Shown: positions 19,679 through 29,516, numbered from the stretch's first letter. The stretch is DNA of 64,000 nucleotides from Gemmatimonadota bacterium (GCA_022563595.1 JADFNB010000008.1:258-64257), one strand, 5' to 3'. Notes: generated from the sequence alone by a model not told the origin. A program made the numbers and translations.

Positions 19679-21468
19679 CTCCCAAACGACCGAATGCGCC
19701 GCTCGAGATCGGCCCTCACCCGCCCGATCTCCTGTCGCTGCGCCGCGAGCCGATCAGCGACCTCGCGTTCCAGCGACGCTACGGCACCACGCGCCATGCC
19801 CACCCGATCCTCCACCAGGGCGTCGACGCGCGCGCGGACCTGACGCTCGGCACGCCGGATCTCCTGGCCCAGTCGCGCGCGCAGACCCGTAGCCAGCACC
19901 CGCGCCACATTCGACCCGACGCCGAGGCGCGGGGCTGCGATCGGTCCGGAAAGGTGCGCTTCGATCGTGACATCTTGCAGCCCCGACACGAGGCGCCAGA
20001 GCACGTCGGCCACCCGGCTAGAGGTGCGGGACTGACTTTCCCCGAGCCGTTCCCACTGCGCGCGAGCCGCGCGCCAGCTCCAGCGGGCGTCGAGGCTATC
20101 GCCCTGCCGCACCAAGGTCAGCTCGGTTGTCCCCTCCCCCAGTAGCAGGCGCGCACCGATCGCGGTGAGATCGACTGTCGGCAGCCGCACACCGTCAACC
20201 AGGACAGCGAGCGAGTCACGAATGGGCCGGCCGACGTGATCGAATGTCCCGCCTACACGGATGGTGCGCGCCCCCACAGAACCGTCCGCACGTCCGAACA
20301 TGAAGGTGGTCGGTCGCCCGATGAGCGCCGGCGCGGAAGCCAGATCGGTGATCCGCAGCACGTAGTTGCCCGCGCCCGCACCGGAATCACCGATCGTCAC
20401 GTCCGCCTCGGCAAACTCCAGGAGGAAACCCGGCAGGCGCTCGCGTCTGGGAAAGGCAACCGTGGTCCCGGACATCCTGGTGCGCTCAGGTCCCTGTCGC
20501 AGGCGCGACTCGATACCGGGGGGCAGATACCGTTCAGCTAGCCGCAGCCAGGTGAGAAATGGCACGACCCGTTCCAGCGCCAGTTCCCCGAACAGCGCCG
20601 GTGCCAAGGCGGGCGCGTCGATGGATGGCAATCGCAGCAATCCGCGCGCGTAAGCGTAGTCCTCAGTCCGCGCCCCCTCCATCCGGGCGACAACCTGCCG
20701 CGCCGCCGCGAGGCCGCCGCGCACCTCGGCCTGCAAGGCCGAGAGCTTCTCATCGGTGCGCTCCAAGGCGCGCACCAAGCCGCGGGCCGACCCCACCGCG
20801 TTCCGCGCACCCACCAGGCCGAGGCTGCGTATCGATGCACGCGCAAGCCGATCGACGAGAGCCCGAGCGGAGTCCACGGCAGCGCGCGGGTCGATCGCGC
20901 GGAGCTGGGATACCCATCTCGCGCGGGCGGAATCGGCGAGCCGGCGCACGGCGTCCGCCTCCCGTAGGGTCCGCAGGCTCTCGGCATCGATCGCCGCGAC
21001 ATCAACGATTTCACCCAAGCCGTCGAATGAGAGCGTGGGCAGGCGCAGTCGGTCACGCCACGCCATCACGTCACGACGGATCGCGCCCGACACTGCGCTC
21101 GACCGCTCGATCGCGCCCGACGTCGTCCGATCCGTGCCGAACCGCACACCGCGGAACGCGACCGTATCGATGATCAGTTTCTTTTCCAGCAGCGGCGCCA
21201 CCCGGAGATTGAGCACGATCTCGTCGGCTTCGACCAGGTTGGTCATAGGCCGGTCGGGATTCGTGACCTGGAGACCACGCAGCGTTACCACACCGTCCCA
21301 GAGCCGGACTTCAGCCCGCTCCACGTCCACCTTGGCGCCCACGATACGCGCACCGATCTTCTCGACCGAGCGCTCCACTACTAGATCGACCAGGAGATAC
21401 CACGCCACTCCCGCGAGCAGCAGGAAGACGATCAGCGGTACGACCGCCTTCCACCGGAACAGCTTCAC
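19657..21468 (-). CDS. TIGR03545-like protein
   Basis: N-terminal TM; GAKVDV, LQVTNP..PMTNL.EA and G..V.FP motifs; GTGA coupling to the TIGR03546 gene. Confidence 0.8.
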   Translation of the reverse strand: MKLFRWKAVVPLIVFLLLAGVAWYLLVDLVVERSVEKIGARIVGAKVDVERAEVRLWDGVVTLRGLQVTNPDRPMTNLVEADEIVLNLRVAPLLEKKLIIDTVAFRGVRFGTDRTTSGAIERSSAVSGAIRRDVMAWRDRLRLPTLSFDGLGEIVDVAAIDAESLRTLREADAVRRLADSARARWVSQLRAIDPRAAVDSARALVDRLARASIRSLGLVGARNAVGSARGLVRALERTDEKLSALQAEVRGGLAAARQVVARMEGARTEDYAYARGLLRLPSIDAPALAPALFGELALERVVPFLTWLRLAERYLPPGIESRLRQGPERTRMSGTTVAFPRRERLPGFLLEFAEADVTIGDSGAGAGNYVLRITDLASAPALIGRPTTFMFGRADGSVGARTIRVGGTFDHVGRPIRDSLAVLVDGVRLPTVDLTAIGARLLLGEGTTELTLVRQGDSLDARWSWRAARAQWERLGESQSRTSSRVADVLWRLVSGLQDVTIEAHLSGPIAAPRLGVGSNVARVLATGLRARLGQEIRRAERQVRARVDALVEDRVGMARGAVASLEREVADRLAAQRQEIGRVRADLERRIRSFGRGMDRME

Positions 21469-21980
21469 GGCCGCAACATCGTGTAGAAGTTGTAGATCTT
21501 CGAGGCGCGTACCGCTCGCATCAACCGAGTCTTCCGCAGCCGTTCGTAGACCGTGGCACGATAGCGTGAGACTGCCCAGCGCAACAGGAAGAACAGCGGG
21601 ACGGTACCGACGATCCACGAGATGAGGCTGCCGAGAACGACCGTGTTGTTGAGGTTTGCGAGCGCCAGGACCGGCGTGTTGTAGAACGCCGTCCAGAGCG
21701 GGAGCAGCACGGTGGCATCGACCAGCAGTAACCGTCCGACCGCATCAAACAGCGGGTCGAGCGCGAAGCCGACCGGCGCGAACGCCAGCCATCCGAGCAT
21801 CACGCCGGGGAAGGAGACGTTCAGGATCACGCCGAGTGAGAAGATCAACAGGTTGTGCAGGTTCAACAGTGGGGTCAGCCCGAGGGCCGCACCCAAGGTG
21901 ATGCCGGCGGCAACCTGCCCGGGCGTACCGTCGGAGTTGAGGGCTTTGAGAAGCGACTGGATGAGCTTGAGGATGAGCAC
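21465..21980 (-). CDS. TIGR03546 / DUF2062 membrane protein
   Basis: LNS..TPGQVAAG..LG..LGLTP, DPLFD.VG and NNTVVLGS motifs. Confidence 0.85.
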   Translation of the reverse strand: MLILKLIQSLLKALNSDGTPGQVAAGITLGAALGLTPLLNLHNLLIFSLGVILNVSFPGVMLGWLAFAPVGFALDPLFDAVGRLLLVDATVLLPLWTAFYNTPVLALANLNNTVVLGSLISWIVGTVPLFFLLRWAVSRYRATVYERLRKTRLMRAVRASKIYNFYTMLRP

Positions 21981-22058
21981 GGCAGTATAGTCTCGCCGGC
22001 TGACAGGATTGTCTAGGGGCCGGCTGCCGCCGCCGTAGCCTCTCAGTACATTCCTCCC

Positions 22059-22575
22059 ATGTCATCGCTCGACCCGATTCTCCGCCCCAAGTCGATCACC
22101 GTCATCGAGCTACAGAAAGCCGGTGTGCCGGCATATATATTCCCACGAGTCGGCTGCCAGCGCCCTCGGTGTGATGTGGCGGTACCGGCAAAGCACCGGG
22201 CGGCGGGAGCAGATGGCGCCGAACGGGAGGGAAGCGATCGTCGGGCTGAACCGCACCGAGCGCGTCGGCGCACTGGTCATGTTCGGTCTCGGCGGCGTGT
22301 ACGTGGAAGTGCTGCGTGACGTCGTGTTGCGGCTGAGCCCTCTGCGCGACACCGACGCTGAATCCATGATCCGGGAGGTACGGATGTATCGGCTCTTGGA
22401 GGGCGTGCGTGGCGAGCCGAAACGCGATCACGCCGCCCTGGTGGACGTCATCCTGCGCGTCTCTCAACTCGCCGAGCGCCATCCACGCATCGTCGAGGTG
22501 GACATCAACCCGCTGCTCGCACTCGAGCGCGGTGCAGTGGCGGTCGACGCCCGCTTCCAGTTGGTAGGGGCATGA
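22059..22575 (+). pseudogene. ADP-forming acyl-CoA synthetase remnant (internal deletions plus frameshift)
   Basis: N-terminus MSSLDPILRPKSITVI | middle ELQKAGVPAYIFP (+1 shift) ESAASAL | ATP-grasp C-terminus EQM..GRE.IVG..MFGLGGVYVEVLRD..EVDINPL..AVDAR. Confidence 0.82.
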
Positions 22576-23483
22576 TGCACGTCCTGCTCACGGGCGGCAC
22601 CGGGTACATCGGTCGTCACCTGGTGCGCGTCCTGCTCGAGCGTGGTGACTCCTGCACCGTTGTCTCGCGCAACCCCCGTTCCCCAGGGAGCGACGATCGT
22701 GTACGGCTGGTCCAGGCGGATCCGACCGGCCCGGGACCGTGGCAGACCGAAGTGGAGCACGCGACGGCCATCGTGAACCTGGCCGGGGCGCGTCTCGTCG
22801 ACCCGCCACATCGCTGGACGGCCGCGCGCAAGCGCGTCATCCGGGACAGCAGGATCGAGACGACGCGGCGCCTCTCCGAGGCGATCCAACAGGCGAACGA
22901 CCCACCGCGGGTGTTCGTCAGCGGGTCCGCGGTGGGGTACTACGGATCGCGCGGCGATGAACCTCTCACCGAGACAGCGCCGCCGGGCAACGATTTCCTC
23001 GCGACGCTCTGCATCGATTGGGAACGAGCCGCACGCGCGGCCGAGCAACGGACCCGCATCGTGGCGATCCGTACCGGCCTGGTGCTCGGCAAGAACAGCC
23101 CGTTGCTGCACTCCATGCTGCCGGCGTTCAAGCTCGGGCTGGGTGGCCCGTGGGGTGACGGTACACAGTGGTGGCCCTGGGTCCACATAGACGACGTGAC
23201 CGGCCTGATCTGCCACGCCCTGGACGGGGAGGCCCCCGGGCCGCTCAACGTAACCGCACCACAACCGGTCCGCGTAGCCGCATTCGCCGCTGCACTTGGC
23301 AAAGCCATCGGACGTCCCGCCGTGGCGCGCGTGCCGGGGTTCGTCCTCAGAATGGCATTGGGGGAGGTGGCAGACGCGCTCCTGGTATCACAACGCGTGG
23401 TACCGCAGCGAGCACTCGCGATCGGATATGCGTTCCGGTACCCGGACCTCACGAGCGCGCTGGGGAATGTTTTCGGGAACTAG
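22572..23483 (+). CDS. TIGR01777 family NAD-dependent epimerase/oxidoreductase
   Basis: TGGTGYIG, VNLAG, SAVGYYG, GLGGP.GDG.QW.PW.HIDD, SQRV.P. Confidence 0.93.
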   Translation: MMHVLLTGGTGYIGRHLVRVLLERGDSCTVVSRNPRSPGSDDRVRLVQADPTGPGPWQTEVEHATAIVNLAGARLVDPPHRWTAARKRVIRDSRIETTRRLSEAIQQANDPPRVFVSGSAVGYYGSRGDEPLTETAPPGNDFLATLCIDWERAARAAEQRTRIVAIRTGLVLGKNSPLLHSMLPAFKLGLGGPWGDGTQWWPWVHIDDVTGLICHALDGEAPGPLNVTAPQPVRVAAFAAALGKAIGRPAVARVPGFVLRMALGEVADALLVSQRVVPQRALAIGYAFRYPDLTSALGNVFGN

Positions 23484-23562
23484 CGGACTGTGACCGAAGT
23501 CTCGTCGGCACGCGAAGCGACGACTCGCTTACCAGCGCGCACTCGGATGCTCCAGTAGACAG

Positions 23563-23775
23563 TCACATGCTGATTTGGGACGCGCGGCGCCGGTCGAAAC
23601 CGCTCCGCCGCTGACCCATCCGCCGCTGGCTGATACGCCGCTCTGCGCCGCTGCGCCGCTCGAGCTTCAGCTCGACCGAATTGCGCCGCCGATCTTGAGG
23701 AGCCCGTCGCGTCCCCGACCGGCGCTCGGAAGGGCTACGTCGATTGTTTCCGCGTTGCTTCTGCATTCCCGACAT
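23563..23775 (-). CDS. Small basic protein made of tandem (E/D/Q)RR motifs
   Basis: GGGAGGAG RBS; nine xRR motifs in 70 aa; sigma54-like promoter upstream. Confidence 0.7.
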   Translation of the reverse strand: MSGMQKQRGNNRRSPSERRSGTRRAPQDRRRNSVELKLERRSGAERRISQRRMGQRRSGFDRRRASQISM

Positions 23776-23828
23776 GCCGCGCTCCTCCCAGGTCCGGACC
23801 CCGAGGCGTCAAACCCTTTATAAGGCAC

Positions 23829-23843
23829 GCACAACTCATGCCG
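23829..23843 (-). promoter_or_regulatory. Putative sigma54 (-24/-12) promoter
   Basis: Minus strand CGGCATGAGTTGTGC = GG-N10-GC, about 55 nt upstream of ATG 23775. Confidence 0.6.
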
Positions 23844-23956
23844 CAAGTGTCGGGCCGCACGCCGTTGCAGCAGTCAACGGCATCGACGCCACGTATCAGT
23901 CCGGGGCGCGTGTTTTCCCAGCCTTGATGGTGTGCTCTACAGCCAACAGATGGCCG

Positions 23957-25315
23957 TCAGGTGTTGCCGCGGCGCCACGCCTCGATCGACTCGTGCTGCG
24001 AGGCACGCAGCCGGTCGGATACCGCGACCGGATACGGCGGATCGGCTGGCTCGAGACGCCGCATCGCCGCCGGCAGCGTAGCGATCTGCTCGCGGGCATA
24101 CGTCCTGGCGGTCGCGAGATCTACGTCTCCGGCCGCGAGGCGGGTCCCTCGTTCCATGACCTTCACGAGCAGCGGCCGACCGGGGTGCTCTTCGTTGGCG
24201 AGGCCGATGATATCGCGCGCCGCCATGCCGTTCTCGTCAATTCGGAACACCTGCTTGCGATGCGGAAGCACCGGCTTGCCGCGCGAGAGCTTGACGCGTC
24301 CTTTCCCCGCGTAGGCCGTAAGCTTGTAGGCAATGTCGAGCGACGGCGCATCGCTCGATACACCCATCCGGGTTCCCACACCGAAGCCTGCAATGGGCGC
24401 GTCCCGGGACACGAACTCTTCAATCTGGTATTCGTCCAGCCCGCCGCTCGCGAAGATGGCGACGTCACGCAAACCAGCAGCATCGAGGATCTCCCGGGCC
24501 TCGCGCGCCAGCGACGGCAGGTCGCCGGAGTCGAGGCGCACCCCTCGCAGCACGCACGCGCCGGCCAGTTCCCGTCCCAGCCGGGCCACGTTCCGCACAC
24601 CGGCCAGCGTGTCGTACGTATCGACCAGGAGAATCGTCTCCGGGTACAGCGCCGTGAACCGGCGGAAGGCCTCCAGCTCGTCGTCGTGGGCCTGTATATA
24701 GCTGTGCGCCATCGTGCCGGTCACCGGAATGCCATACAGTTTCCCGGCGAGCACGTTGCTGGTCGCCTGCACCCCGGCCAGGTACAACGCGCGCGCCGCC
24801 TTGATCCCGGCATCGGCGCCGTGAATGCGACGCAGCCCGAAATCAACGACGGCACGCCCGGCCGCCGCCTCGACAACGCGGGCGGCCTTCGACGCAACCA
24901 GCGTCTGAAAGTGAACCTGATTCATCAGGAACGTCTCGACGAGCTGCGCTTCCGGCAGCGGCGCCACCACCTCCAGTAGCGGCTCCTCGGCGAACAGGGG
25001 CGTCCCCTCCGGGACGGCGTAGACATCCCCCGTGAACCGCAGCCCCCCCAGCCAACCCAGGAACTCGTCGGAGAAGGTGCCCGACGACGCGAGATATTCG
25101 AGCGCCTCCGACGTGAACCGCAGGTTCTCCAGGTAGTGCAGCACGTCGTCCAGGCCGCAGGCCACCAGGTAGTTGCGACACTCCGGCAACCGCCGCACGT
25201 ACAGGCTGAACACGGCCTCCGCGTGCATCTCCTCGCGCCAGTAAGCCTGCAACATCGTCAGCTCGTACCAGTCGGTTAGGAGCGCGACGTTGTCGTCGGT
25301 CACCCATCGGGCCAC
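23957..25315 (-). CDS. pncB: Nicotinate phosphoribosyltransferase
   Basis: LLTD.YELTM, DFGLRR.HG, GTMAHS, LVDTYDT, VRLDSGD, FGVGT; AAGGAGG before GTG 25315. Confidence 0.95.
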   Translation of the reverse strand: MARWVTDDNVALLTDWYELTMLQAYWREEMHAEAVFSLYVRRLPECRNYLVACGLDDVLHYLENLRFTSEALEYLASSGTFSDEFLGWLGGLRFTGDVYAVPEGTPLFAEEPLLEVVAPLPEAQLVETFLMNQVHFQTLVASKAARVVEAAAGRAVVDFGLRRIHGADAGIKAARALYLAGVQATSNVLAGKLYGIPVTGTMAHSYIQAHDDELEAFRRFTALYPETILLVDTYDTLAGVRNVARLGRELAGACVLRGVRLDSGDLPSLAREAREILDAAGLRDVAIFASGGLDEYQIEEFVSRDAPIAGFGVGTRMGVSSDAPSLDIAYKLTAYAGKGRVKLSRGKPVLPHRKQVFRIDENGMAARDIIGLANEEHPGRPLLVKVMERGTRLAAGDVDLATARTYAREQIATLPAAMRRLEPADPPYPVAVSDRLRASQHESIEAWRRGNT

Positions 25316-25554
25316 CAGATCATCCTCCTTGCCGGCTTCTCCCGCATAGGAAACACCCCAAACGCCCCGGCCGCAACGGACCGACCTCCCTGCCCGGCCA
25401 AAGAGATACTGCACCGTACCTCGCCCGGGAGCCAGCACAGCCGCCCGATGCCGGTCTCGCGGTCCCCTTCACAACGGCATCCCAGTTCGTTACCTACAGG
25501 TGGAACGCCGATTGCGCCTTTTTGGGGACAGCGCGTCGCGTGCATTGGCCATCC

Positions 25555-27024
25555 ATGACTTCGGCTCCGACCAAATCATCCACAGAGCGCCGCACACGTT
25601 CCGGCGCCGGCCAGCCGTCCTGGCCGTTCGTCATCGTGGCGAACCGTCTGCCGGTAAGCCTGACGCGGCGCAAGGGAGAGAAACACTGGACGACGAGTCC
25701 GGGCGGGCTCGTATCGGCGCTGACCCCGATCGCGCAGCGCGCGCATGGTGCCTGGGTGGGATGGTCGGGCAGTGTCGACGATCGGCTCGAGCCCTTCGAG
25801 CACGACGCGATTGCACAGGTACCCGTCACCATAAGTCGTCAAGATCATCACGACTTCTATCAGGGGTTCTGTAACCGCACACTCTGGCCGCTCTACCACG
25901 ACGCCGTCCAGAACCCGGAATACCACCGCCACTGGTGGCGGTCCTATGTCGCGGTGAACGAACGGTTCGCGCGAATGGTGGCCGAAACCGTGCAGGCCGA
26001 CGGTGCGGTCTGGGTGCAGGACTACCAACTTCAATTGGTACCTGCGTTGCTTCGCGCGCTCCGCCCCGACCTCCGGATCGGGTTCTTTCTCCATATCCCC
26101 TTCCCGCCTGCCGAACTGTTCGCGCGGCTGCCGTGGCGTCGCCAGGTTCTCGAGGGTCTGCTCGGCGCCGACGTGATCGGCTTTCAGACCGAGCGCAACA
26201 GGGGAAACTTCCTGCGCGTCGTCGGACAGTATACGCGGGCGCAGGCATCCGATGCCGGCCCAATAAGGCACGACGGTCGGCGGCTGCAGGCCGCGGCCTA
26301 TCCCATCTCGATCGACTTCGAGCTGTACGAGTCCGTCGCGTTGGCGCCGGATACCGAGCCCCGGGTCGAGCGACTTCGGCAACGGCTCGGCAGCAGCCGA
26401 AAAGTCATTCTCGGCATCGATCGGCTCGACTACACCAAGGGGATCGATCACCGGCTGCGCGCCTTCCACGAGCTGCTCCTGTCGGGTCTGGTGAAACCCT
26501 CCGACGCCGTCATGGTCCAGGTAGCGGTACCGAGTCGCGAGCGGGTAGCCGAGTACGCGGAGTTGCGGCGGCGCGTGGAGGAACTGGTGGGTCAGATCAA
26601 CGGCGAGTTCGGGGAGGTGGGCGTGGCGGTCGTGCATTACGTGCGCCGCAACCTGACGCCCGAGAACCTCGTCGCGATGTACCGGACGGGCGACGTCATG
26701 ATGGTGACGCCGTTGTGCGACGGGATGAACCTGGTAGCCAAGGAATATGTGGCCACGCGGTTCGACAATAGCGGAACGCTGGTATTGAGCGAGTTCGCCG
26801 GTGCCGCCGAGGAACTCACCGACGCACTGCTCGTCAACCCGCACGACGTGGACGGGATCGGCGCGGCCATCCTCAGTGCACTCACCATGGATCCGGTGGA
26901 AGCTGCCGGGCGGATGGCCAAGATGCGCGCGATCGTGCGCGGGCACACCGTGCACGACTGGGCCCGCAGCTTCGTCGCCGACCTGGTTCCGGCGCGGCAA
27001 CGCCGCAGCATTCTGGGCGGCTAG
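25555..27024 (+). CDS. otsA: Trehalose-6-phosphate synthase (GT20)
   Basis: NRLP, GGLVSAL, WPLYH, GFFLHIPFP, DRLDYTKG, DGMNLVAKEY, LSEFAGA. Confidence 0.96.
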   Translation: MTSAPTKSSTERRTRSGAGQPSWPFVIVANRLPVSLTRRKGEKHWTTSPGGLVSALTPIAQRAHGAWVGWSGSVDDRLEPFEHDAIAQVPVTISRQDHHDFYQGFCNRTLWPLYHDAVQNPEYHRHWWRSYVAVNERFARMVAETVQADGAVWVQDYQLQLVPALLRALRPDLRIGFFLHIPFPPAELFARLPWRRQVLEGLLGADVIGFQTERNRGNFLRVVGQYTRAQASDAGPIRHDGRRLQAAAYPISIDFELYESVALAPDTEPRVERLRQRLGSSRKVILGIDRLDYTKGIDHRLRAFHELLLSGLVKPSDAVMVQVAVPSRERVAEYAELRRRVEELVGQINGEFGEVGVAVVHYVRRNLTPENLVAMYRTGDVMMVTPLCDGMNLVAKEYVATRFDNSGTLVLSEFAGAAEELTDALLVNPHDVDGIGAAILSALTMDPVEAAGRMAKMRAIVRGHTVHDWARSFVADLVPARQRRSILGG

Positions 27025-27034
27025 CGCCGGCGAC

Positions 27035-28237
27035 TCATCTCCTGATCTCGTCCAGGACCTCGACCAGCCCGCGGAGAAACGTCAGCACTTCTTGGGTGTG
27101 GCGCAGGGCATAGGTTGCGGCGGTGACTTGCGGTTGCTCGGCCACAAGAATGCCGATCCCCTCATCGGTGAGAGCCCGAAAAGCGTCTTCATCGGTGACG
27201 TCGTCCCCGACATAGATCGGCACCACACCTTCCGCCTCGAGGGCGAGCGCCCGGAGCAGCCACCTCACCGCATGCCCTTTGTCCCAGTCGATCCGGGGGC
27301 GCAGCTCCAAGATCTTCTTCCCGCCGCTCTTCACGAGATCGGTGTGCGCAGCGGTCGCCTCGTCGACGGCGCGCTCGATCTCAGGCACGCGCTCCTCAGC
27401 CGCATTGCGGTAGTGGACGGCGAGCGCAAACCGCTTGCGCTCCACGCGCACGCCCGGCACCGGGGCCAGCACAGCCGCCAGCGTCGTGTGCGCGGCCTCG
27501 AGGCTCGGGAGACTCGCCCGCCCTCCATCGTATTCCATCCGCAGGCCGTCCGGTCCCGCAATATCGAACCCGTGGCTTCCGGCGTAGACCAGCTCGTCCA
27601 GCGCCACCAGCCGCTTCAGGTCCCCCAGGTCACGGCCGCTGACGATGGCTACGAAGCAGCGTGCGGCCAGCTTGCGCAGAACCCCGCGCATCTCGTCGGC
27701 GAGCACCGCGTCCTCCGGTTGCGATACGATCGGCGTCAGCGTGCCGTCGTAGTCGAGGAACAGCGCCAGGCGTGCGACGGAGAGCCGCGGCGCGAGCGCC
27801 TCAGGCAGGTCCAGCGCCGAAGGCAGTGTGCCCCGGCCACCGTACCTATTGGCAAGCACCGAGAACTCAGTAGAGCCAAGCAGTCGCTCGTCGGCGGTCA
27901 CCAGGGTCAGGTCGTAGACCTTCGCGGTCGCGGCAAGCAACCGGTCGGCGGGATCGCGATGCGGCAGGCCGACGGCCTGGCTCTCGAGCGCCACCTCGTG
28001 CGTGATCGGCGCCTCGCGGAACGGCACTGTCCGCAGCACCTCACGAACCCAGCGCTCCGGATCACCGCTCACCAATACGCGGCCCACGTCAATCAGGACC
28101 AGCAATTCCCACGTGCTGATTGGCGAGAGCCACAATTCATTGTCCGGAGATTCCAGCTCGGCTGCAACCTGCGGTGTGAGGTTCTTCGGTTCGAGCAGAC
28201 TCCAGAGCCAGATGTGGGTATCGAGCAGCAGCCTCAC
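27035..28237 (-). CDS. VapC/PIN toxin fused in frame to trehalose-6-phosphate phosphatase (OtsB)
   Basis: N-terminal LLDTH..S.WE..HRDPADR..LVTAD..VLANR reads through TAC into LPSALD..LFLDYDGTL..SGR..GSHG..WDKG..GDDVTDEDAF; 400 codons; GTG overlaps the antitoxin TGA. Confidence 0.85.
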   Translation of the reverse strand: MRLLLDTHIWLWSLLEPKNLTPQVAAELESPDNELWLSPISTWELLVLIDVGRVLVSGDPERWVREVLRTVPFREAPITHEVALESQAVGLPHRDPADRLLAATAKVYDLTLVTADERLLGSTEFSVLANRYGGRGTLPSALDLPEALAPRLSVARLALFLDYDGTLTPIVSQPEDAVLADEMRGVLRKLAARCFVAIVSGRDLGDLKRLVALDELVYAGSHGFDIAGPDGLRMEYDGGRASLPSLEAAHTTLAAVLAPVPGVRVERKRFALAVHYRNAAEERVPEIERAVDEATAAHTDLVKSGGKKILELRPRIDWDKGHAVRWLLRALALEAEGVVPIYVGDDVTDEDAFRALTDEGIGILVAEQPQVTAATYALRHTQEVLTFLRGLVEVLDEIRR

Positions 28238-28485
28238 GACCGAAGCGCTTCCCAGTCCTCCTCGCCCAGCGGCGCCACCACGTCGCCCACGATGCGGCCG
28301 CGCCTGGCGAAAGCGCCGAGCCAGCTCTTGGGACGCTGCGGAGGCGGGGGAGGCACGACCTCGGCAACGGGCTCGCCGAAGCGCGTGACCAACACCGGCC
28401 GTCCGGTGCGCCGCACGCGCTCCAAGACGGCGAGACAAGTGGCCTTAAACTTAGAAATGGCAATGGATTCGCGGTCATCTAACAT
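28234..28485 (-). CDS. Phd/YefM family antitoxin
   Basis: IAISKFKATCLAVLERV..TG..VLVTR.G.PVAEVVP motif; acidic C-terminus. Confidence 0.9.
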   Translation of the reverse strand: MLDDRESIAISKFKATCLAVLERVRRTGRPVLVTRFGEPVAEVVPPPPPQRPKSWLGAFARRGRIVGDVVAPLGEEDWEALRS

Positions 28486-28491
28486 GCCAAA

Positions 28492-28527
28492 AATCTACTA
28501 TGGTCAATGATTATAGTCAATTAGTAG
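28492..28527 (-). promoter_or_regulatory. Sigma70 promoter with overlapping TA operator repeats; probably leaderless transcript
   Basis: TTGACT (28520-28515)-N17-TAGATT (28497-28492), 6 nt before ATG; repeats TTGACTATA/TTGACCATA; near-palindrome TGACTATAATCA. Confidence 0.75.
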
Positions 28528-28626
28528 CCGATCGCGGAGACACGCTTCCGCAACACAAACCCTTGGAAGGCCGGCATGTCTGGGCGGAAGTGCACCCTGG
28601 ACATGGGACAAGCAAAAGAGGAAGCG

Positions 28627-29182
28627 CGCCTCGGCCTCTCCGACGATGACCTCACCGCGCTACGCGGTGCCGGCGCAGTGCACGACATCGGCAAGGTAGC
28701 CGTGCCTGACGCCACTTGCTGAGGCGCGGGCGGCTGACCCCGGACGAGTGGGTCATCATGCGGCAGCATCCGGTGACCGCGAGCGTATCTGTCAGGGTCT
28801 CAAGTCATTCCGGCTCGTGACTCCGATCATCCGCCATCACCACAAACGACTCGACGGATCCAGCTATCCCGATGGACTCGTCGGAGACGCTATCCCACTG
28901 ACCGCTCGGGTGCTGCAAGTCGTCGATGTCTACGATGCCCTGATCACCGAGCGGCCGTATAAGCCGGCGTTCTCGACCGCCCAGGCCCTCGAGACGTTGC
29001 GTGCGGAATGCGCCAAAGGCTGGCGAGACCCTGACGTCGTCGCCCGGTTTGAGCAGCTGGTGCTGGAAGGCCAGCTGGCGTGGGAAATCGCCAGTGACGC
29101 GGTGCGGCTGACGGTATACGGGTCATGTCGACGTTGCCTCGATTCGCTCCAGGCGGGGCGTCCGCCGCCGGGCGAGCAGTGA
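28627..29182 (+). pseudogene. HD-GYP phosphodiesterase pseudogene
   Basis: HDIGKVAVPD | GRLTPDEW.IMRQHP | IIRHHHKRLDGSSYPDGL..IPLTARVLQVVDVYDAL..ERPYK split across frames; no N-terminus; HHE and GYP motifs degenerate. Confidence 0.85.
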
Positions 29183-29441
29183 CCGGTAGGCTCTCCCTAA
29201 CCGGGATGTAGGATTCCTGCTTACAGGCTGGCGTCCCTCAACGGACATCCTGACAGCCCAAGTCCTACTGTTTCCGGCGCCTGCCGCCGATAGAAAAAGA
29301 GTGTTCGGATCCGATATTGTGCCCTGAGTTAGAGGCTGCTCTCCGCGGCAGTCACACACACTGTGGGAGTCGGAAGCATGACGCAGGCGGTACCGCACGC
29401 GCGGAACGGCTTGAGAGTTATTGTCGGAGTTACAGTTGTAG

Positions 29442-29513
29442 AGCCACCGCGCGGATTCGAACCGCGGACCACTCGATTACGAATCGAGAGCTCTACCACT
29501 GAGCTACGGTGGC
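29442..29513 (-). tRNA. tRNA-Thr(CGT)
   Basis: GCCACCG acceptor stem; AGCTCAGTGGTAGAGC D-arm; CTCGA-TT-CGT-AA-TCGAG anticodon arm; GGTTCGAATCC; CCA not encoded. Confidence 0.96.
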
Positions 29514-29516
29514 GCA

